Shown here piece after piece: positions 1-12,213 of a DNA stretch of 64,000 nucleotides. The notes under the pieces were generated by a model that made no database searches, was not told where the DNA came from, and saw only the letters and a program-made list of their open reading frames with translations. Both the position numbers and the translations under genes were made by a program. The stretch's first letter is position 1. The number at the start of each line of letters is the position of its first letter. The DNA comes from Paramoeba atlantica (lineage: Eukaryota; Protista; Discosea), in the NCBI GenBank assembly GCA_977017575.1, contig CDRNVI010000079.1, positions 43,746 to 107,745 on the forward strand, given 5' to 3'.

Positions 1-39
1 GAGAAATGGTGTAAGCTTTGCGCATGCCCAACGTCGGCT

Positions 40-840
40 ATGGGTATACATATAGGGGAGAAAGATCACCAGGCTCTGGAGATCTTTGTTGATAAAATTT
101 GGCAAGGCGATCACATGTCTTGGTGGGCACAGCACGTGTACGCGTCTGTTGGTTTACTTCGGGCACCGTATGCATCGCTTTACAAAGTTTTTGATAAATT
201 TGAAAATCAAAGGTTATTCGTCTTGCACGAAGCCATCAAAACGCTTAAGGAGAAAAAGATTACTCGTGTAACGAGAACGGTTCGTGATGGAGGTGGAAGA
301 ACTCTATTTCTAGTTGCCTCTCGTATGAGTCACATGACATCTAAGATTTTAATAGGGCTTCTACCTAATGCCGCATCTCGCGAACTTTCGGCAGCTCTAA
401 ATATGATAACTTCGGAGTTTTCTATGGAAACCGTGTACGATATCCTTAGGTTGGATCTCCTGTACGGAGATTTAGGTAATCGGTCTCCCAACATATTGAA
501 AGCCATACTCGGAAATTGTCTTGATATTACTTCGGACTATTCCCGCGGGTTATGTCATGGAAGAAGAGCCTTGATCACGCCTATGATAAAGGAACTGTGT
601 TACTACGTTCAATGGGGTATCATTTGTGAGGCGATTATTTCTCGTATGCAAGAGTACATCGCTCGAGGGCAAATGGTGTGGGTGAATGAGCTGAATTATG
701 AAACGAGAAAGAATCTATTGGCTAATAAAAGTACTCATAGATTGGCACCTGTACACGAATCTACATCCGACATGCTAAAAAAAAGATTTGAAACCGATTT
801 ATGGAAACATGATGATCTGTCTGGAAACGTGATGATGTGA
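40..840 (+). CDS. Hypothetical protein (266 aa), no recognisable family
   Basis: Uninterrupted 801-nt ATG-TGA ORF; no motif recognised; the true start may lie upstream of the window. Confidence 0.4.
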   Translation: MGIHIGEKDHQALEIFVDKIWQGDHMSWWAQHVYASVGLLRAPYASLYKVFDKFENQRLFVLHEAIKTLKEKKITRVTRTVRDGGGRTLFLVASRMSHMTSKILIGLLPNAASRELSAALNMITSEFSMETVYDILRLDLLYGDLGNRSPNILKAILGNCLDITSDYSRGLCHGRRALITPMIKELCYYVQWGIICEAIISRMQEYIARGQMVWVNELNYETRKNLLANKSTHRLAPVHESTSDMLKKRFETDLWKHDDLSGNVMM

Positions 841-1288
841 CTCATCGCACCGTTTTCCTTCTTTGTATTCCAGTTCGAGTACTTGTTGTTGTTGTTTAAC
901 CCGTTTGGCCATGACTGGCTACGGGTTCAGAGTACACCCTAGTTATTTAGTGCTCGTGTGAAACGGCACCGGGTATTACCGTACCCCGTGGGTGGTACGC
1001 TGTCAGTCGCGCGCAGACTTTCCCAGAGGGATGCCGCACTCGCCGATAGACGAGCAATACCTGTCAGGTTGCGAGGCCTGACCCGTCATCCGTGACTTCA
1101 CTGCCCGATGGATTCGCATCCTGGGGCAAAGAAGTAGTGGAGCAGTCGTTATATTCTGTTCCACCACCAGGGATGACTCACGCTAGGGTGTGTGGAGCTT
1201 GTGAGGCTCTCTCACCAGCGGGGCTCACAATGGAGCGCGACCAGTGCCCTTCACAACTTCAATTATTGCGTATGGATACTATCCTAGT

Positions 1289-2249
1289 TTATTGGCGTCT
1301 TGTTTTGCTGACACCGGGTAGCTCCACACAAGGGTCCGGGGAAGGGGAAGGCGACTGGGGGGACGGAGAAGGGCCGGCGAAGCGGTGACGAAACCGAGGT
1401 TTCGCGAAGGGTTTTATCGAGGTTTCGCGAAGGGTTTTATCGAGGTTTCGCAAGGTTTCGCGAGGTTTCACCCGCAGCCCCTCGTATGACTGTTTTGCTT
1501 CTGCTTCGTTTGGCAGGTATTGTATGCGAGATGTTCGTTCCTGAATCAATGCGCATGTATCTGACTCGTGGAACCTGGCGATTAACGGACGGGCATTTCA
1601 TAACGTCTTTGCGCTCTGGGGGGTGTTGCCAGCCGTCCGCTGACGAAAATCCGGCTGTGACGTGTGTTTGTACGGGCAATCCTTAATGAAATGGTCTGAG
1701 TATCTGCAATTGTAACACTGCGGTCGATAATTTCCGTACGATGGGCGCAACGATTGTGGGTGTTGCCCTGTCGATCCGCCTCTAAAATTATTTTGGAAGG
1801 ACACTTTTGGGGACATACATGTATTTTAGATATGTCCCCGTTCGTCGCGGCGCAGAGAAAGAAATATAACGACTGTGTTGTTCACGCTCACTCAATTGAT
1901 CGGTTACGTGCTGATAGAATTTATCATGCATGCGATCATCTTTATCCATGTTTCGGTGTACCGCCTCTACGTCCATCCTACAGGCTCGCCAATAGGCATC
2001 GCGGAGACTTTGTATTATCGCTTTTCCTAACTCCAAGAACGGACCTGTATACTTTTTGTATGCCGTCGTGTAAGTTTCATATAGAGTACAAAATAACATG
2101 CAAAATACAGTATGTTGACTCCGCAGTAAGAAATGTGGTCCTTTTTGGGCTGACCCCCAGTAAGAGAGATTAGGCTCATGATACCCACAGGAGGCGTATA
2201 GGGAGTAGTGAGTGTGTGTCCACATGTCGGGGCCTCGGGGGTAACCCAA
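1289..2249 (-). pseudogene. Degenerate gag-like retroelement ORF with CCHC zinc knuckle
   Basis: CYNCRYSDHFIKDC (C-x2-C-x4-H-x4-C) at ~1676-1717 within overlapping frameshifted ORFs 1788-2249, 1598-1816 and 1289-1549; Pro/Ser-rich tail. Confidence 0.5.
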
Positions 2250-2258
2250 ATAAACGTT

Positions 2259-3153
2259 TTAACATATTTTTAGAATAAGAAATATGAAAATCTTGTCAAA
2301 CGAGTTGGAAGAAAAGAGAAAACTGGCCAAAAAAACATGAGCACGTGCATGGGTGGCCAAGTGGGACACTATAGCCTTATTATTGTTGTCCGCAGCTTCT
2401 CCCATCATAATTTGTTCCAGAGTCTCCGCGGCCACCCCAACTCCCTCATGACGAAGGCGATGAGTTAAGAGAATGGACCCTAATTTGCACAAGAGGGTCC
2501 AGAGGCCGAGACGAACGCCGTCCTCCTCGATGTTCGGGAATCGCGTATCCGGCGGCATACTAGCCAAACTTTTGGCGTAGTGCACCATGTCCAGACGCCC
2601 CCCACTGCGTCACAGACTCGACGCTTTACCTCTTGTGTTAGCCACGGCTCGCCGCTAAACCCCGTTTGTGTTAAGCATGCGTGCAATTGTGGGCCACAAC
2701 GAGGGTCTTCCTGGGTTCTGATCAAGGATCGGAACGCTTCGCAGATATCTTTTGATCGCAGATATCCGACTGTTCGACGGGGACAGTAGCGGTGCTCGGA
2801 GGGCGAAGCATAGCAGATTCCTCTGCGCACAGTTCATCGCGCAGTTTGACCAGTACTTGGGGAGCTACATCCGTGCTGGAGAAGTCACCTCGTTGCAAGG
2901 CACTCAAGTTACGACGAATCACTTGAGTACCTCGGATTGAGTCACCATTGCTCGTGCATGCGGATGCGCGCTCCAGTATGGGATCAATGATTACGAATTC
3001 TTTGGCAAACTGAATGGCGCCGGGAAGGACCCCAACGAGGTCCCGTTGCACGGTTAAACCAAGTCGCTTCATGGAGCAAAGCTCCATATAAGAGGTCTTT
3101 GGGGTAGGGGTGTTGTTCACCACAGGGACAAGCTCAGGAATAGTGTCTACCAT
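2259..3153 (-). pseudogene. Frameshifted ORF remnant of unknown identity, possibly retroelement-derived
   Basis: Three overlapping minus-strand ORFs (2722-3153, 2480-2830, 2259-2588) that look like one broken frame; no diagnostic motif. Confidence 0.25.
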
Positions 3154-3349
3154 AATACAAAACTAGAACAAGAATTGTAATTCAGATAATACTAGTTCTG
3201 GTAAACCATGTGTCCCTCTCAACATGAGCTTATAAGCTCCTGTATAAATCTCAGTGAATGGACTGTGGACATCTTTGGTGTATGCATGGTTACATGAATA
3301 CCTACTGTATGTACGTATGTATACACACGTATGTATGTACATACATTAT

Positions 3350-4027
3350 TGCGGTGGTTGTAAAACTACCGCTCTACACTTGATTATTGAAAAAAAAAAG
3401 TGAACAAAAACAGTGAAAATATAAAGAGGAACACAGTAATATAATAGAAGAAAAAAATATAAAGGGGGGCTCCGGTGATCCAAAACTGAAAAAAAAAATT
3501 GAAAAAAATGGGGGGTCCAGGGGGGGGGGGTCATGGTCGAGCAAATTTTTTCGAAAAAATTAGTTTTCGAAAACAAACCGCAGAAAGGGTAGCCGGGGTC
3601 TTGGCGCGCATTTTCTACCCCCCTACCCGGGGGTGACCCCCCGGGTATCTGCAGGACGGGTCCGCCAAGTTCGGATTTTTTCGGAAAAAAAATTTTGAAA
3701 AAAAATTCAACTTGGCGAAAAAAATGACAAAAACAATATTTTTCCAAAATCGTTTCCCCTATTGTATTTTGATAGTTTGGGACCTACACTAGCTTTCTCC
3801 GCAGTTGTTTTCGCAAGGTATCACTTCTTCGAACCGTGGCGCGCCCCTCAAAATGACCCATTTTTGACTAAAATAGGTGAAAAAGTATTTTTCGGACCCC
3901 AAGGGGCATTTTTGTGTCGAAAGAACTTCGTTAAACGCGGCGGTAGTTTTCAACGCGAAGCGCGCAGCATGAGTTACTTCTAAGTTGAAAACAACCACCG
4001 CGTTTAACGAAGAGCCTAAAAAAGAAA
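3350..4027 (+). mobile_element. Non-autonomous repeat family R1 (~680 bp, asymmetric ends, terminal ~115-bp hairpin)
   Basis: Starts TGCGGTGGTTGTAAAACTACCGC and ends in the hairpin ...GAAGAGCCTAAAAAAGAAA; AT on both flanks; near-identical copies at 38404-40985 and 38597-39524. Confidence 0.8.
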
Positions 4028-4116
4028 ATATTATACATTACATACATTATTATACATAAATTAAACGGTGGTTATGGAGCCCACATAAGCCCACTGAGCG
4101 AATTGTGGCACGCTTA

Positions 4117-4196
4117 CTACATACGAGTCCACCCACGGTGGATCGTGCTACATACGAGTCCACCCTCGGTGGATCGTGCTACATACGGGTCCAGCC
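4117..4196. repeat. ~31-bp tandem repeat x2.5 with internal TCCACC/GGTGGA hairpin
   Basis: CTACATACGAGTCCACCCACGGTGGATCGTG repeated. Confidence 0.8.
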
Positions 4197-4657
4197 CCCG
4201 ATAAATAGTAGGTATGTGCGTGCGCAGGTAACGGTATGTAACGCGGTATGTAGCGCAGCGATCTCATAAGTCGTTAACGTGTACTTATCAACACAAATTA
4301 GGTACTTATAAAAGAAAATTTGCGGGCCCAAGTAAGCCGTCGTTCACTACGGAGTGCATTCGACCCGATCGTGCGACAGGAAGTGTGCATAACATCCCTA
4401 AAGGGTAGTAATGCGATACTTCTTCCGGAGTCATTACAATGGTTTTCTTGTCACGATACACAAATACATTTGAAGCATGTGTAATGTTGAACTTTCCAGT
4501 TGTAGGTCTTACTGCTAATGCATAAAACTAGCATAACGATAATGCGTTTGGATATTGCGACTCTCTTATAGAGACTCTTTTATACAGCGCATCGGTAGGA
4601 CTTTACCCCGTTTATAGTTTTAGATGTGACATGCTCCTTCAGTAAATCCTTCAGTAA

Positions 4658-5554
4658 ATGATAGAGGATCGTCCGAGAATTGTTTTCCTTAAAGTTCCAA
4701 AATTGGGGAAAATTCTTTTTGTGCGTGCTATTACTAAAATGTTTAAATTCTCAGTAGCGTCTTTCTACTTTGCAGCTCACGACACAAATACTGAATTACC
4801 GCACGAGAGTCGTCGAGGCAAAATACGGGGAGCCAACTTACCACAAGAATATGAACTGGCTCGATTTGTCGAAAACATTTTAAATATTGATCCTTCATGG
4901 AACACGTCTACTCCTGCATGTGATTGGAAAGGTGTGTCTTGTGACGACGAATTACACGCAACGAATATCGATTGGTATTTAATGAAACTTTCTGGTTCTT
5001 TCGAATGGAAGTACATTTGTCACACAATTCGTTATATTAACATATGCAGCAACGAACTTTCTGGAGGTGCACCACTCGACATATTACCATCACAACTGAT
5101 TACGTTCGGAGCGTCATCAAATTTGTTTTCCGGGGAGTTAAATTTCACACATTTGCCGGACACAATGTGTTCACTCTGGCTGTCTCACAACAATTTTCAC
5201 GGGCGCGTAGATCTGACCCATTTGCCTTCGACAATGACATGTCTGCAGATTCACAGGAATCAGCTTTCTGGCGAAGTTGATCTTACTCACTTACCATCAG
5301 ACATGAAATATTTGGAAATATCAAATAATTGTTTTACTGGGCCGCTTGACTTACAGCATTTGCCTCCATTGTTACTTTCTCTCAGGTGCCAAAAGAATCA
5401 ATTCAGTGGTCGTGTGATACTTGATTGTCTTCCTGCGCTCCTACGTGAACTGAATTGCAAACATAATTCTAAGTTACGCGGTACATTGAACTTAAATCCA
5501 CAAGACGATTTGAAAGTGTACGTGACCGGTACTGAAATCTACTTATATTTATAA
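4658..5554 (+). CDS. Leucine-rich repeat protein (LRR1)
   Basis: CDWKGVSCD N-cap followed by ~22-aa repeats LxxNxFxGxxDLTHLP; paralogue of the ORFs at 6070, 13661 and 18165. Confidence 0.9.
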   Translation: MIEDRPRIVFLKVPKLGKILFVRAITKMFKFSVASFYFAAHDTNTELPHESRRGKIRGANLPQEYELARFVENILNIDPSWNTSTPACDWKGVSCDDELHATNIDWYLMKLSGSFEWKYICHTIRYINICSNELSGGAPLDILPSQLITFGASSNLFSGELNFTHLPDTMCSLWLSHNNFHGRVDLTHLPSTMTCLQIHRNQLSGEVDLTHLPSDMKYLEISNNCFTGPLDLQHLPPLLLSLRCQKNQFSGRVILDCLPALLRELNCKHNSKLRGTLNLNPQDDLKVYVTGTEIYLYL

Positions 5555-6069
5555 ATATGAGAGGAAGCATATCTAAATTGTGCAACACAAATATACTTTA
5601 TAACTTTTTATTTCAATGTAAGTTGCATTATGCATTGCATAATACGTACCCCTACCGGGTAAATGGGTAATTACCCACATGCGGGTAATTTACCCGTAGT
5701 ATGCTCTTCACTATTTTTGACAAAGTATTTTTCTTCGACACGTCAATGGGGAATGTGCGGGTTTTGCCAGGTCTTGCCTTTCATAGGTTTCAACCCTCTT
5801 AGTCGACGTTGTCGACCACTCAATAAGTTTGAGGGCGAAAATAAATCGAACTCTTTCGTGGATTATACATTTTTTTAATCAATGAATTGAGAGCGAGAGT
5901 TGTAATTGATATTGCCCACCTATTGATACACATAATTAAGACAAATTTATATTTTTTGCTTGATCTATGCGGTTGACTTTGTGAAAGGCAAAGCTCACAT
6001 CAGAACCAATTCCGAATTAGACTTCAAACTTGAGATACTGAACTCTTTTTCTAGACCTTTTTCATCGGC

Positions 6070-6852
6070 ATGGGTTTGTTTGTTTTATTACATTTACCTT
6101 TAAGCTTAATGTACAGCAATTATTGCATCGACGACGGATCCGATTTACGTCGAGGCAAAGTGACCCCTCTGCTGCTACCCCAAGAGCATATGCTGGAACG
6201 TCTAATTTCAAACCTAACTAGAAAACACGAATCCTGGCGTACGACTAAAACGAATATGTTTGGACGCGTCAAACATGTATCGGTATGCAATTGGAAACGT
6301 GTGATCTGTGATGAGGATCAAACAGTGATCGCACTTGAATGGCATTCCATGAAACTTTTAGGTACCTTACAGTGGGAGTTCTTACCATATACGTTGGATC
6401 ATTGTAACGTTTGCCGTAACAGACTAGGAGGATCACCTCAGCTTGACACGTTGCCGTCAACCCTTATTTATTTAAGCTTAGCGAGGAATGATTTTGCCGG
6501 TGAGTTAAACTTAACCCAATTACCTAACATATTGGGTTCCCTTCGGTTGCATGAGAACCAATTTAAAGGAAATATTGATTTTACGAATATATGCTCTGGG
6601 ATAAATTATTTATCTCTTCAACGAAATAAACTTTCAGGCGCCGTCGATCTTTCTCACTTGCCAAAGAAGTTGTTTTTTTTGGATTTGTCGAATAACAGAT
6701 TCTCCGTTTTAGTAATTCAACGTCCTCCTGGAAACTTGCAGTATTTGTTTGTTAGCAACAACGTGGATATGTGTGGTGAGATTGACAATGCGGTTATTCC
6801 TGAGACTTTACAAACTTTTTTTTTCGAGAATACAAACATTACTTTTCATTAA
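6070..6852 (+). CDS. Leucine-rich repeat protein (LRR2); probable start MYSNYCIDDG near 6109
   Basis: DDGSDLRRGKV header, CNWKRVICD cap, LRR units such as LSLQRNKLSGAVDLSHLP. Confidence 0.9.
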   Translation: MGLFVLLHLPLSLMYSNYCIDDGSDLRRGKVTPLLLPQEHMLERLISNLTRKHESWRTTKTNMFGRVKHVSVCNWKRVICDEDQTVIALEWHSMKLLGTLQWEFLPYTLDHCNVCRNRLGGSPQLDTLPSTLIYLSLARNDFAGELNLTQLPNILGSLRLHENQFKGNIDFTNICSGINYLSLQRNKLSGAVDLSHLPKKLFFLDLSNNRFSVLVIQRPPGNLQYLFVSNNVDMCGEIDNAVIPETLQTFFFENTNITFH

Positions 6853-7074
6853 CTTTTCTACCTTATGCGTCGCAGAAAAGTAGCTGAGGGATCAACTGTG
6901 AGTGTCCGCTTTTCTACACTTTTTTCAGATACATGTTTTCGGACAAAAACAACCTAAATTCCGCAAAAAAATATTTTTTTAGGAAAAACAACACCTTTTC
7001 TTTACACTGATAATTTTCATTTCGATCTTTTCAATGATAAATGAAAAACGATTTTCACCTTGGGTCGTGAAAAT

Positions 7075-7440
7075 TACTCATAAAATATCAAAACAGTTTC
7101 TTTCTATCGTTACTCGTCCATGTCAGCTCGAGAGTTTCATCCTCAAAGGGCTTCAATGTTGTTTGGCAAATTTTGTTTATCATGTGGCCAACGCAAGACA
7201 AAATTATTATAGAAGGAACTCGAGCTGCAATACCCTTCTGAAGAGCAACCGTGTCAGAGACCCCAATGGGGAAATTCTGTCGTATATTGAATACAATTCT
7301 GTCGTATATTGTATACGACAGCGAATACTATTCGCTTTAGGAGGCCCTCGCAATTCTAGCCACATGATTGACTGAACTTCCATCATCGATCATAAATTTT
7401 AGCTTCAACAAACGTTACTCACCAAGATTGGCCTGCAGAG
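7075..7440 (-). pseudogene. hAT-family transposase fragment, not in the ORF track as such
   Basis: Manual translation gives LKFMIDDGSSVNHVAR and VPSIIILSCVGHMINKI, aligning with LRYMMVDGCAVNHVAR and LPSVALLSCIGHFLNNI of the hAT at 28624-30129; contains stops and frameshifts. Confidence 0.75.
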
Positions 7441-8158
7441 TACAGATTAGCTGCTCTTCCATAGTTTTTCCATCGATTGTTCGATGTCTCGGTGAATAAA
7501 TGGGAGGTAGTAGGTATTCCTCCGGGCCAACGTACATACAACTGACGTACAATCAGTGTTTGACGGCTTGGCCGTTAAACGGAGGTTTGTTGCATTACTG
7601 AAAGGGCGTGACTAACGACGCGTGTTTGGGTTTTGGTTGGGAGGGGAGCCCAGGTGGCATCTGGGCTCCGCCTTCCCATTTTGCCGGTTTTCACGGAACA
7701 GTAAAGCCGGTATCCTTTATCCACATGGGGGGAGACGTAGTCCTTCCCAGGGCATGGAGGTCCTAACACTTTATCGTACTTTGTGAGAGAAAATTATTGC
7801 AGAAACATGTTCTTTTATATCGAATACACTATTTGTTTTCTTTCGTATAGGCAAGAAAAGGTAGGACATCATGCGAAACGTGTCGACTATAGTGCCTGCC
7901 GCACGTAACTTACTCATGTGACTAAGAAAAATGGATTTGTACGTTTCTTTTTTTATAAATAAATTGTATTCAAATTTAATTCCACGATGAAGTACATTTT
8001 AGCAATCTGATTAAGTGAGACATCGATTAAGGGAGACTCACTTAATCTTGAGTGATACTCGCTTACTGAGTACATGTAGTCTGCATGTAGACAGGTCCTT
8101 GAGATCAGGTAATATTTAGTTCATTTCTATTATTATCTTAATTATTTGATGACAGACT

Positions 8159-8776
8159 TCAATTACCTTTTTTGTTATCAAAACAACCATGCACAAGAAA
8201 TTCATTGCGTGGTACGTACGTCACCGCCTTATCCATGTACTGAGATAGCGACCATCGTAGCAAGCAATTTACGGTGCTGGACAAACGAATTTTCACATCT
8301 TCTTCGGTGTAATTCGTAAGTGGTCGTGTTCTGATATCAGCAACATTGTGCTGAGACAATATATCGGCCACAACCATTTTTACGTTCGCAGATATTAACA
8401 ATTTAACGATTTTTTCAATGACATAATCTACTGACGAAGACGCAGAATAGCCTTTTTCCATGCACCGACCTGCAACAGTATTATCTGAAGCTAGGAGTAT
8501 GAGCACAGGATGCTGATCTAGTGATCTTATGATACCCTCTTCTAGAGCCAACGCTTCCGCTACTTCGATTTCCGTTTATTGTTGTAGATTATATTCAAAT
8601 TTCTGCACAACGGCTGGTTCATTGATGTTAATTCTCCACGCTGCCACCCGGAAGGGTGTAGCATCTACTGCAAAACATACTGTTTTTGTAGTTAAAGCTG
8701 AAATATTGGGAATGTGAGAGCGCTTGTGTCTGAATTTTAATTCTATCTTACACAATAGACATTTGACAGCCCGCAA
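8159..8776 (-). pseudogene. RNase H remnant of a DIRS/VIPER-type retroelement
   Basis: AVDATPFRVAAW ... ILLASDNTVAG..KGYS ... HNVADIRTR resembles DIRS-type RNase H (D..E..DN..AD); split over two frames. Confidence 0.55.
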
Positions 8777-10999
8777 CGATTCCTTGAGAACGCATAGCTC
8801 TTCATGTTTTCATGCCATATTTTCAGATTTTTTTGCGGAATGATCATTTTAATGGCGCTGGCAGGTACTTCCGGGCGTAGCTCTTCGTACTTCTTGATTA
8901 GCCAGACAAAACGGCTCGAGGGAAGGTTTGCGAGGGTTTGCAGGCATGGGAGAACCTTTCCATGCCCTTTTTTACTACCGCTTTTTAGGATACGGAGATC
9001 TCCTCTTCAGTTGCTCTAGCCCGCTCCCTCCCTTTATGACACTCTCGTCGGTGCTTGTGATATACAGGGGGGTGCAGCTAAATCCGGGGTGGCCTTGCAT
9101 AACGGGAATAAGGTCGAAAACGTCACTTGCAAACTTTTTTGTAAAGCTTACCTCAGAATGAGACCCTTTTTTGGCGTACTTTTCCAGACGAAGCACTATG
9201 ATTGGTTTTGATCTGCCCAATGAATCGCAATGAGCCTTTTAAGAAACTTCCTGGCGAATGCACTCATCTTTCATTCACAAATACTGAAAAAACGTAAAAG
9301 AACATGCCAAAAAAAAACATAATGCAAGAAATGTCTTTTGCCAATTTTTTTTGTATTTTCGTTATAAAAAAGTTGATCAATACGAACCTTGGAAGGAAGT
9401 CTAAAACCATGTGTTTTGGACCCAGTGGGTCCCTACAAAAAAAGGGCAGCAAAGCGCTTAACCAGGAAAACGAAATCTATTCAATGCTGCGAAAATGAGG
9501 AAAAACATATAAAAAGACTTAAAATTCCGCGGGGGGGAAGATATCTTGAAACCACTGTACTTGTTTCTCACTACGTTTTCGCATTAACACGACTTTTGTC
9601 ATTAACGCAACATTTGTCGTCTCGACTTTTCTTGACATAACTTTTTTCCCCCTGTAAGCAAAGGCTTCTGAAACTGAGGCGCCGCGAAGCGGCGCCGATT
9701 TTGTTTTCGTGTTTCGGATTTTTATTTCATCCCCCCTTTAATAGAGACAAATGACGAAATTGTGTCTACATTAAAGGGGGGGGTCACAGTATCCTCATGG
9801 GGGTATGGGCAATCAGGGGGGGCACCGGGTTAACGCGTGGTGGTCGGGGAACGCCTTCAATGTCATTTTATGGCGATTCGCCTGCGAAAAGCGAACTTGC
9901 CTTGGAGAGTCACCCTGTGACTCTGTTGGGGATGATACATCGAGTGTGGTATCCCCCCGGGTAGAAGACTTTCGGCGTCGGCTCATAGGAGTTGAAGTGA
10001 TTCTTTATACTAAATCCCGTTCCGGTTTAATGTACAGTAAACGTCACTATTTTCAGAATGCTCAGTTGTACGTTGACACAGAAAAAACGGCTTTTTTGTC
10101 GTTTTTCGTCACTATTCTCAGAATTGGTCTGTTGAACGTTGACAGGCACTTTTTTATGAGGTCAAATCATAATTCTCATTTTTAAAAAAGAAAACGTTTT
10201 GCAAGAAAAATGTTAGCAGCGGAGCAAGAAGTCGCTTTGGGTGCACAAAAATGATCCCCAGAGATCTCCCACTATCTCCTTGGTTTGCGGAGTCGCCGCT
10301 CTATCAGAAGAACACCGCGCAGTCAAACAGTGCAAGTTTTCCTTTTGTGTATTAGCGTTTTGTTTTCAGAAAAACAAAGTTTCATTACTCGTAGTCACCT
10401 AAATCAGTGTTTTCTTTTCTTTTTTTGGTCTCACTAGGACATTTGTGTGCCTTTCATGAATGGAAGAAGAGAGGGGACAACGATAAAAATAATCTCCAGT
10501 GATCCTCTGTGACCCCCATCTATCTCCACCTACCTGTACCCCCCCAATAATAGAATCGATTTTGGACCATAAAGGCCAAATCCTTGTTACTGGGTGGGGT
10601 ATGCTTTTTCGGTGGGCAAAGGCCTTTTTCGTTCATGAGTGCGTTGATTTTCTGTACAGCCAACCCAGAAACCTTGTTACTGTGTGTCGGCCGAAAAATG
10701 GCGAAATCTCTATATAAAAATCTATACAATAATCCATATAAAAATCTATAATTTTTTGAAGGATTTTCGGTGGGTTTGGATAAGTTTTTCCTTCAAAAGA
10801 GAGTCCTTGTAGCTTCTTTTTTCTCCTGTGGCGGAAGAAGCACAAGCAAAAAACTGAAAACTAGGTTTTCTTCCGCGAAACATAAGAAACTTAATTAAGC
10901 GTGTCATAAATTGACTTTGTAGTTGGTGTCATTCGAGCTAAAAGAGAGCATCAAAACGCTTTTGAGCTCTTCTTCCTGTTATAGATTTTTATAGATTTA

Positions 11000-12140
11000 T
11001 TTTTTAGGCTCTTCGTTAAACGTGGTGATTGTTTTCAACTTAGAACTCACTCATGGTGCGCTCTTCCAGTTGAAAACTACCACCTCGTTTAACGAAGAAT
11101 CTAAAAAAGAAAAATCGCCAAAAGATCATGAATAATCCAGTTTTTTGGGTGAAAAACCTCGATTTTTCGACAAAAATTGCGAAATTTTAACCCGAATTTG
11201 GGCCGTTTTTGATGCTTTACCAGTAGGGGCAGGAGGCGAATCTGTCGAAAAAAACGTCGTAGCATGGTAGCTGAGGTACAAAACTCTTAAAAGACGTTTT
11301 AAGAGTCGATTTTGGAAAAATGGTATGTTTACTTTTTTTCGGGTCAAAAAAAAAAATTTGGTCACCCCAAAAATTTCGGAAATTTTCACCTTGTCGGACT
11401 CCTCCCGCGCGTACCAGGTGGGGGGGGTGGAAAGTCATCGCCGCGGCCTAATCTACCACTTCCCTGCGCTCGATTTCGAAAATCAACTCTACCCTCAATT
11501 ATTGAAAAAAGGTGAACAAAAACAGTGAAAATATAAAGAGGAACACAGTAATATAATAAAAAAATAAAAGGGGGCCCCGGTGGTCCAAAACTGAAAAAAT
11601 TCAAAAAATAGGGGGTCTAGGTGGGGTCCAGGGGGGGGGCATACGTCGCGAAATTTTTTTTCGAATTGTTTGCTTTTTAAAATCGAGCGCAGGGAAGTGG
11701 TAGAGTAGGCCGCGGCGATAATTTCCCACCCCCCCCCCTGGGGGTACCCCCCCTGGTACGCGCAGGAGGGGTCCGACAAGGTCAAAAATTCCGAAATTTT
11801 TGGGGTGACCAAAAAAAATTGTATTTCTCCAAAATCGACTCCTAAAACGCATTTTAAGAGTTTGGGCCCTCAGCTACCATGCTACGACGTTTTTTTCGAC
11901 AGATTCGCCTCCTGCCCCTACTAGTGAGGCATCCAAAACGGCCCAAATTCGGATTGAAATTTCGCATTTTTTGCCGAAAAATCCAGCTTTTTCACCCAAG
12001 AAAATAGATTATTCATGATCTTTTGGCGATTTTTCTTTTTTAGGCTCTTCGGTAAACGCGGTGGTAGTTTTCAACGCGAAATGCGCAGCATGAGGGACTT
12101 CTAAGTTGAAATCAATCACCGTGTTTAACGAAGAGCCTAA
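11000..12140. mobile_element. Two R1-related copies head-to-head, forming a ~1.15-kb foldback
   Basis: ~11000-11480 is the reverse complement of ~11680-12140; both outer ends carry the ~115-bp hairpin; the centre is the R1 start sequence. Confidence 0.8.
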
Positions 12141-12213
12141 ATATAGTACTATAAGTTTTTTTAAAATGCCTTAAATATGTATATAATATATTTTCAGACC
12201 CCTGGTTTTTTGT

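Noticed and set aside
9500-10520. Possible Kolobok-like ends (TTAA|AGGGGGG..GTCACAG / CTGTGACCCCC) and the GCGCCGC-GAA-GCGGCGC mini-hairpin (also near 19225 and 36632)
   Set aside because: The right end lacks TTAA, there is no transposase, and I could not pair the ends; noted only as repeat debris.
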